A stretch of 64,000 nucleotides of DNA from Nemertoderma westbladi (taxonomy: Eukaryota; Animalia; Xenacoelomorpha). The translations under genes and the position numbers were made by a program. The stretch spans positions 22,653-86,652 of the forward strand of contig JAUCBJ010002550.1 of the NCBI GenBank assembly GCA_032718475.1. The letters run 5' to 3'. Of the stretch, positions 60,633-64,000 are shown one piece after another. The stretch's first letter is position 1, and every line of letters starts with the position of its first letter. The notes under the pieces were generated by a model. The model made no database searches, had not been told where the DNA came from, and was given only the letters and a program-made list of their open reading frames with translations.

Positions 60633-61287
60633 ACAAACAATAATAAATCCATAATTAATACTTAAGACAATGCCACTCAACCGCACAGACTTTAAATGTT
60701 TGAAAAATCCGCAAATCCGCATTGCGTCTGAATCCTAGTGAAGTCAATAATGTTGTGAATATTGTAAAAACATGTTTTTCATGTACAATTTCATTCGAAT
60801 AATATATTTGATGTCCCTTTGTATCTCAATGGGCCGCGGGGCGGTGGCTGTATTGCGTGGTTGTAGCAGCTCTGTTGGCCGCGTGGTTGTAGCAGCTCTG
60901 TTGGCCTGCCAGCTTACTTGGTGGTAATGGTTTATTTGTATTCAATCCTTTGTTACTGCGTCACGTTCCCTATTAAACATTGTATTTTCTGTTTGTTATT
61001 CGTTTGCTATTAATAGGAACTTCCGTAGTTTATTGAATTGCGATAAAGGATAACATAGTTGATTTCCTTTCCTCTGTAAATCGTTCAGTCTAGTTCCAAT
61101 CTCAACTTCAGATTAATTTCCAATCTTACTTCAATCATCCTTCGCATACTATAGGTGAAATTAAATAAATTAAGTTTACAGAATGAAGTAATACAGGGTG
61201 GTGGCTAATAGCAAGGCTAGTGGTTGCATCACCCAATAAGAGGGCTGAGAAGTTGGTGTTAAAGTAATCAATATGTAATTTAATTGA

Positions 61288-62945
61288 GGGGGGGGGGGGG
61301 GGGGGGGGGGGGTAGTCGAATTTGGTGAAAAAAAATCATTTTTTTTTATTATTTCATTAAGACCGAAATTTTATGTAGATTTCAAATCTTGACGCGGTTT
61401 CGCAATATCACTTTTCGTTTTCGAGATATTTGGCTTTTTTCACTACTTGCACTTTTCGTACCATAATAAATTTCAAAATCACACAGATTTGTCTTATTAC
61501 ACCAATTATAATTCTTGTGGGGTTTTTTAGGTCGCTGAATCCGATGGTGGCACTTATTAAAATATCTGACCAAGTCTTGGCTGTTTTTTTTTTTCACTAC
61601 TTGCACTTTTCGGACCATACAAAATTTCAAAATCTCAGAGATTTGTCTTATAACGCCAATTATAATTCTTGTGGGGTTTTTCAGGTCGCTGAATCCGATG
61701 GTGGCACTTATTAAAAAATCTGACCAAGTCTTGGCTGTTTTTTTTACACTAATTGCACTTTTCGTTCTATATGACATATTTGATTTAGCTGATTCCATCA
61801 AATGATATTTCCTGCAGCCTTAGTTCAACTGAAGTATCCAAATTCAGTTTTAAGCTCTGCCACGACGTCAACGTGTTGCAGGAAGGGCACGAGGGATTGG
61901 CTTTCTTGACTGTTTACTGCGACACATAACAATAAACATATAAATTGACATCGGAAATGAAATGCCCGACCCAGAAAACCCCCACAATGGAAATTTTAGG
62001 TATCTTGTGTGATTTATTCAAATTGGACAGACAACTAGCAGACAGACAGACAGACAGACAGCCTAGACTCTATCAAACATAAAAATTGATATTGGAAATG
62101 AAATGCCCGACCCCGAAAACCCCCACAATGGAAATTTTAGCTAGCTGGTGTGATTTATTAAAATTAGACGGACAACTGATGGACAAACAGACAGACATAC
62201 AGACCGACAGACAGACAGTCTAGATTCTACCAAACATAAAAATTAACATCAGAAATGAAATCTCCGACCCCGAAAACCCCATATCGAAATTTCTTGTTAG
62301 TTTATCATTCTAACTGACGGACATTATTAAACTGACATTCTTTGATATTCACAGACAGTTTTCGCGGTAAGGTTCAAAAAAGGACATTTTGTTTTTGTCA
62401 TTTACTCCTATTTCATTTTTTGGACACTTTTAGTCACTAAAAATGTATCTCCTCCTTCAATCTTTATCCGATTTGGCTAATTTTTTTTTGTTTGAAAGCC
62501 CTGTCTCTCCTGAACAGAACCCTTAGATGGATTTTTGAATTTCGCTCTAGTTTTCGAGAAAAGTTAGATTAAAGCTTATGTAGTCTATAAAAATGAAAAT
62601 TTGATGACTTCGTGTCACAAAAAGTGCAATAAAATCATTTTGAAAACGAAATTCAAAAATTCCTCTAAGGATTCTGTAAAGGGATAGTCAGTGCACGTAC
62701 TCACCAATTTTCAGACCAAAATACTCAAAATTGTAGGAGGAGATACATTTTAAGAACGGACCAATCAAAATTTCGTTTAATTGGCTATTAGCCAATCAGA
62801 AGCGAGTATTTTAGATGTGTGACCACAGAAATGGAAAGCCCGTCCAATTACCTTTCAGAATATATATATATGTCTTAGTATCCAATGATATACTATGGTG
62901 TATTTTAAACATTACCAAAAGGTTGCCAAATCCGACTACCCCCCC
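61288..62945. mobile_element. Non-autonomous TIR element, Kolobok-like
   Basis: G-run TIR GGGGGGTAGTCGAATTTGG / CCAAATCCGACTACCCCCCC; right flank TTAA, left TTGA; internal duplications at 61430-61745 and 61940-62285. Confidence 0.6.
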
Positions 62946-63214
62946 TTAATTATATTGATTAATTATATACACAACTGATTAGTCAGCTGTATAGTAGGAG
63001 ATAATTGTATGTTACACAGCTGTGCAGTTAGCGGTTGAAGGACAGTATGCAAAACGATGAGGAAGGATTATTAATATATTAACTATTACAGTAAACTACA
63101 GTTGTTATATTCTGTGAGTAATCCTCACAGTTGGCAAGGCAAAAAGGTTTCATTTGGAGTTGGGAATGGAGGCCCTGCATATTGAATATGATTTCCTCCT
63201 TGTTGTTGTATCAT

Positions 63215-63290
63215 TCCAAACCCGGCTGTATTTTAATATATTTTCGCGCTTACGAGACCCAGTAAGGTCGAAACGCGTCCCTGGTTTGGA
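63215..63290 (+). ncRNA. Type I minimal hammerhead ribozyme with interrupted catalytic core
   Basis: Helix I TCCAAACCCGG / CCTGGTTTGGA; CTG-[23 nt]-ACGA; helix II GACC-CAGTAA-GGTC; GAAAC; GTC cleavage triplet. Confidence 0.65.
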
Positions 63291-63520
63291 GAGATGTGAA
63301 ATATTAATTTCGCTATAAAATTACGCGATTCCTAAATTTGTAACCATTTTAATTTATTGTAGGACTAATCAATCCCATTGTACAATTGCGCCAATAAAAT
63401 ATAAGTTATTTTCGGTAAAATAAATTCATCTTTCGAGGTTAAGACCGCGTGATCAGTTCCTATAGTAAATGTATAAAAAATACATGTATTAGTTATTATT
63501 ATCACCTGATTTTATTTCAG

Positions 63521-63590
63521 CCAATCACAGCGAGCTACTCCGAAGTGTTTCCTGCGGAAGAAGATAATTCCAAGGATGTTGATGACAATT
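63521..63590 (+). CDS. MYO6: Myosin VI, second coding exon (70 bp)
   Basis: TTTTATTTCAG acceptor; PITASYSEVFPAEEDNSKDVDDN(C) resembles myosin VI VFPAEEDSKKDVEDNC; GTTAGT donor; in frame with the exon at 40788. Confidence 0.92.
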
Positions 63591-64000
63591 GTTAGTGTAC
63601 TGATGTAAACAAGTCTATGTAAATCTAATAATGTATACGAAATAATTCATACAAGAAATATTAGTTTTACTCAAATTTTATGTAAAAATAACGATATTAA
63701 TATTTGTTTAGTACGTCTTGGCTGTTACTTCTTTTTCCCCGGGAAGAAAAATAAGATTTATTTCGACCAAAAATTAACAGTACAATAACTCACTGACCCC
63801 GCCAGTCGTTGATATTAAATCCCGCGTCTCCCCTATAATTCGGATAGGGGGAATTTAACGAATATATTATTTTTATTATGATTTCGGAACTGTTGTGTGG
63901 CCCATCCAGCCTATAATTATTATGTTATATCATATTTATATAATAGAAAACCTAATACAATATCGGTATACAAAATAGTAACCATATAAAGTAAACTAAG

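Overview
Eukaryotic (metazoan, probably invertebrate) genomic DNA dominated by transposable elements. The only host gene I can support is myosin VI: a first coding exon at 40788-40922 and a second at 63521-63590, separated by a 22.6-kb TE-filled intron. 1-19.2 kb: a young BEL/Pao LTR retrotransposon with near-identical LTR copies and gag-pol broken by one stop and one frameshift. In the position where env normally sits it carries an extra ORF encoding three CCHC zinc knuckles and an RG-rich tail. It also has eight dispersed copies of a 16-nt quasi-palindromic motif, three leader stem-loops and a structured pol/ORF3 spacer with a splice-acceptor consensus. This element is the best candidate for an undescribed system. 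24.5-36.2 kb: an old BEL element interrupted by an integrase-less Pao-like element (327-bp LTRs, GTTCC TSD) and a 3'-truncated Ty3/gypsy element. The remainder holds CR1- and RTE-like LINE fragments, MULE, hAT, IS3EU and Kolobok-like non-autonomous DNA elements, a 68-bp satellite, a ~7.8-kb 38-bp satellite made of two linked variants in irregular order, and a hammerhead ribozyme with an interrupted core. Everything was read by eye; no database searches were run.
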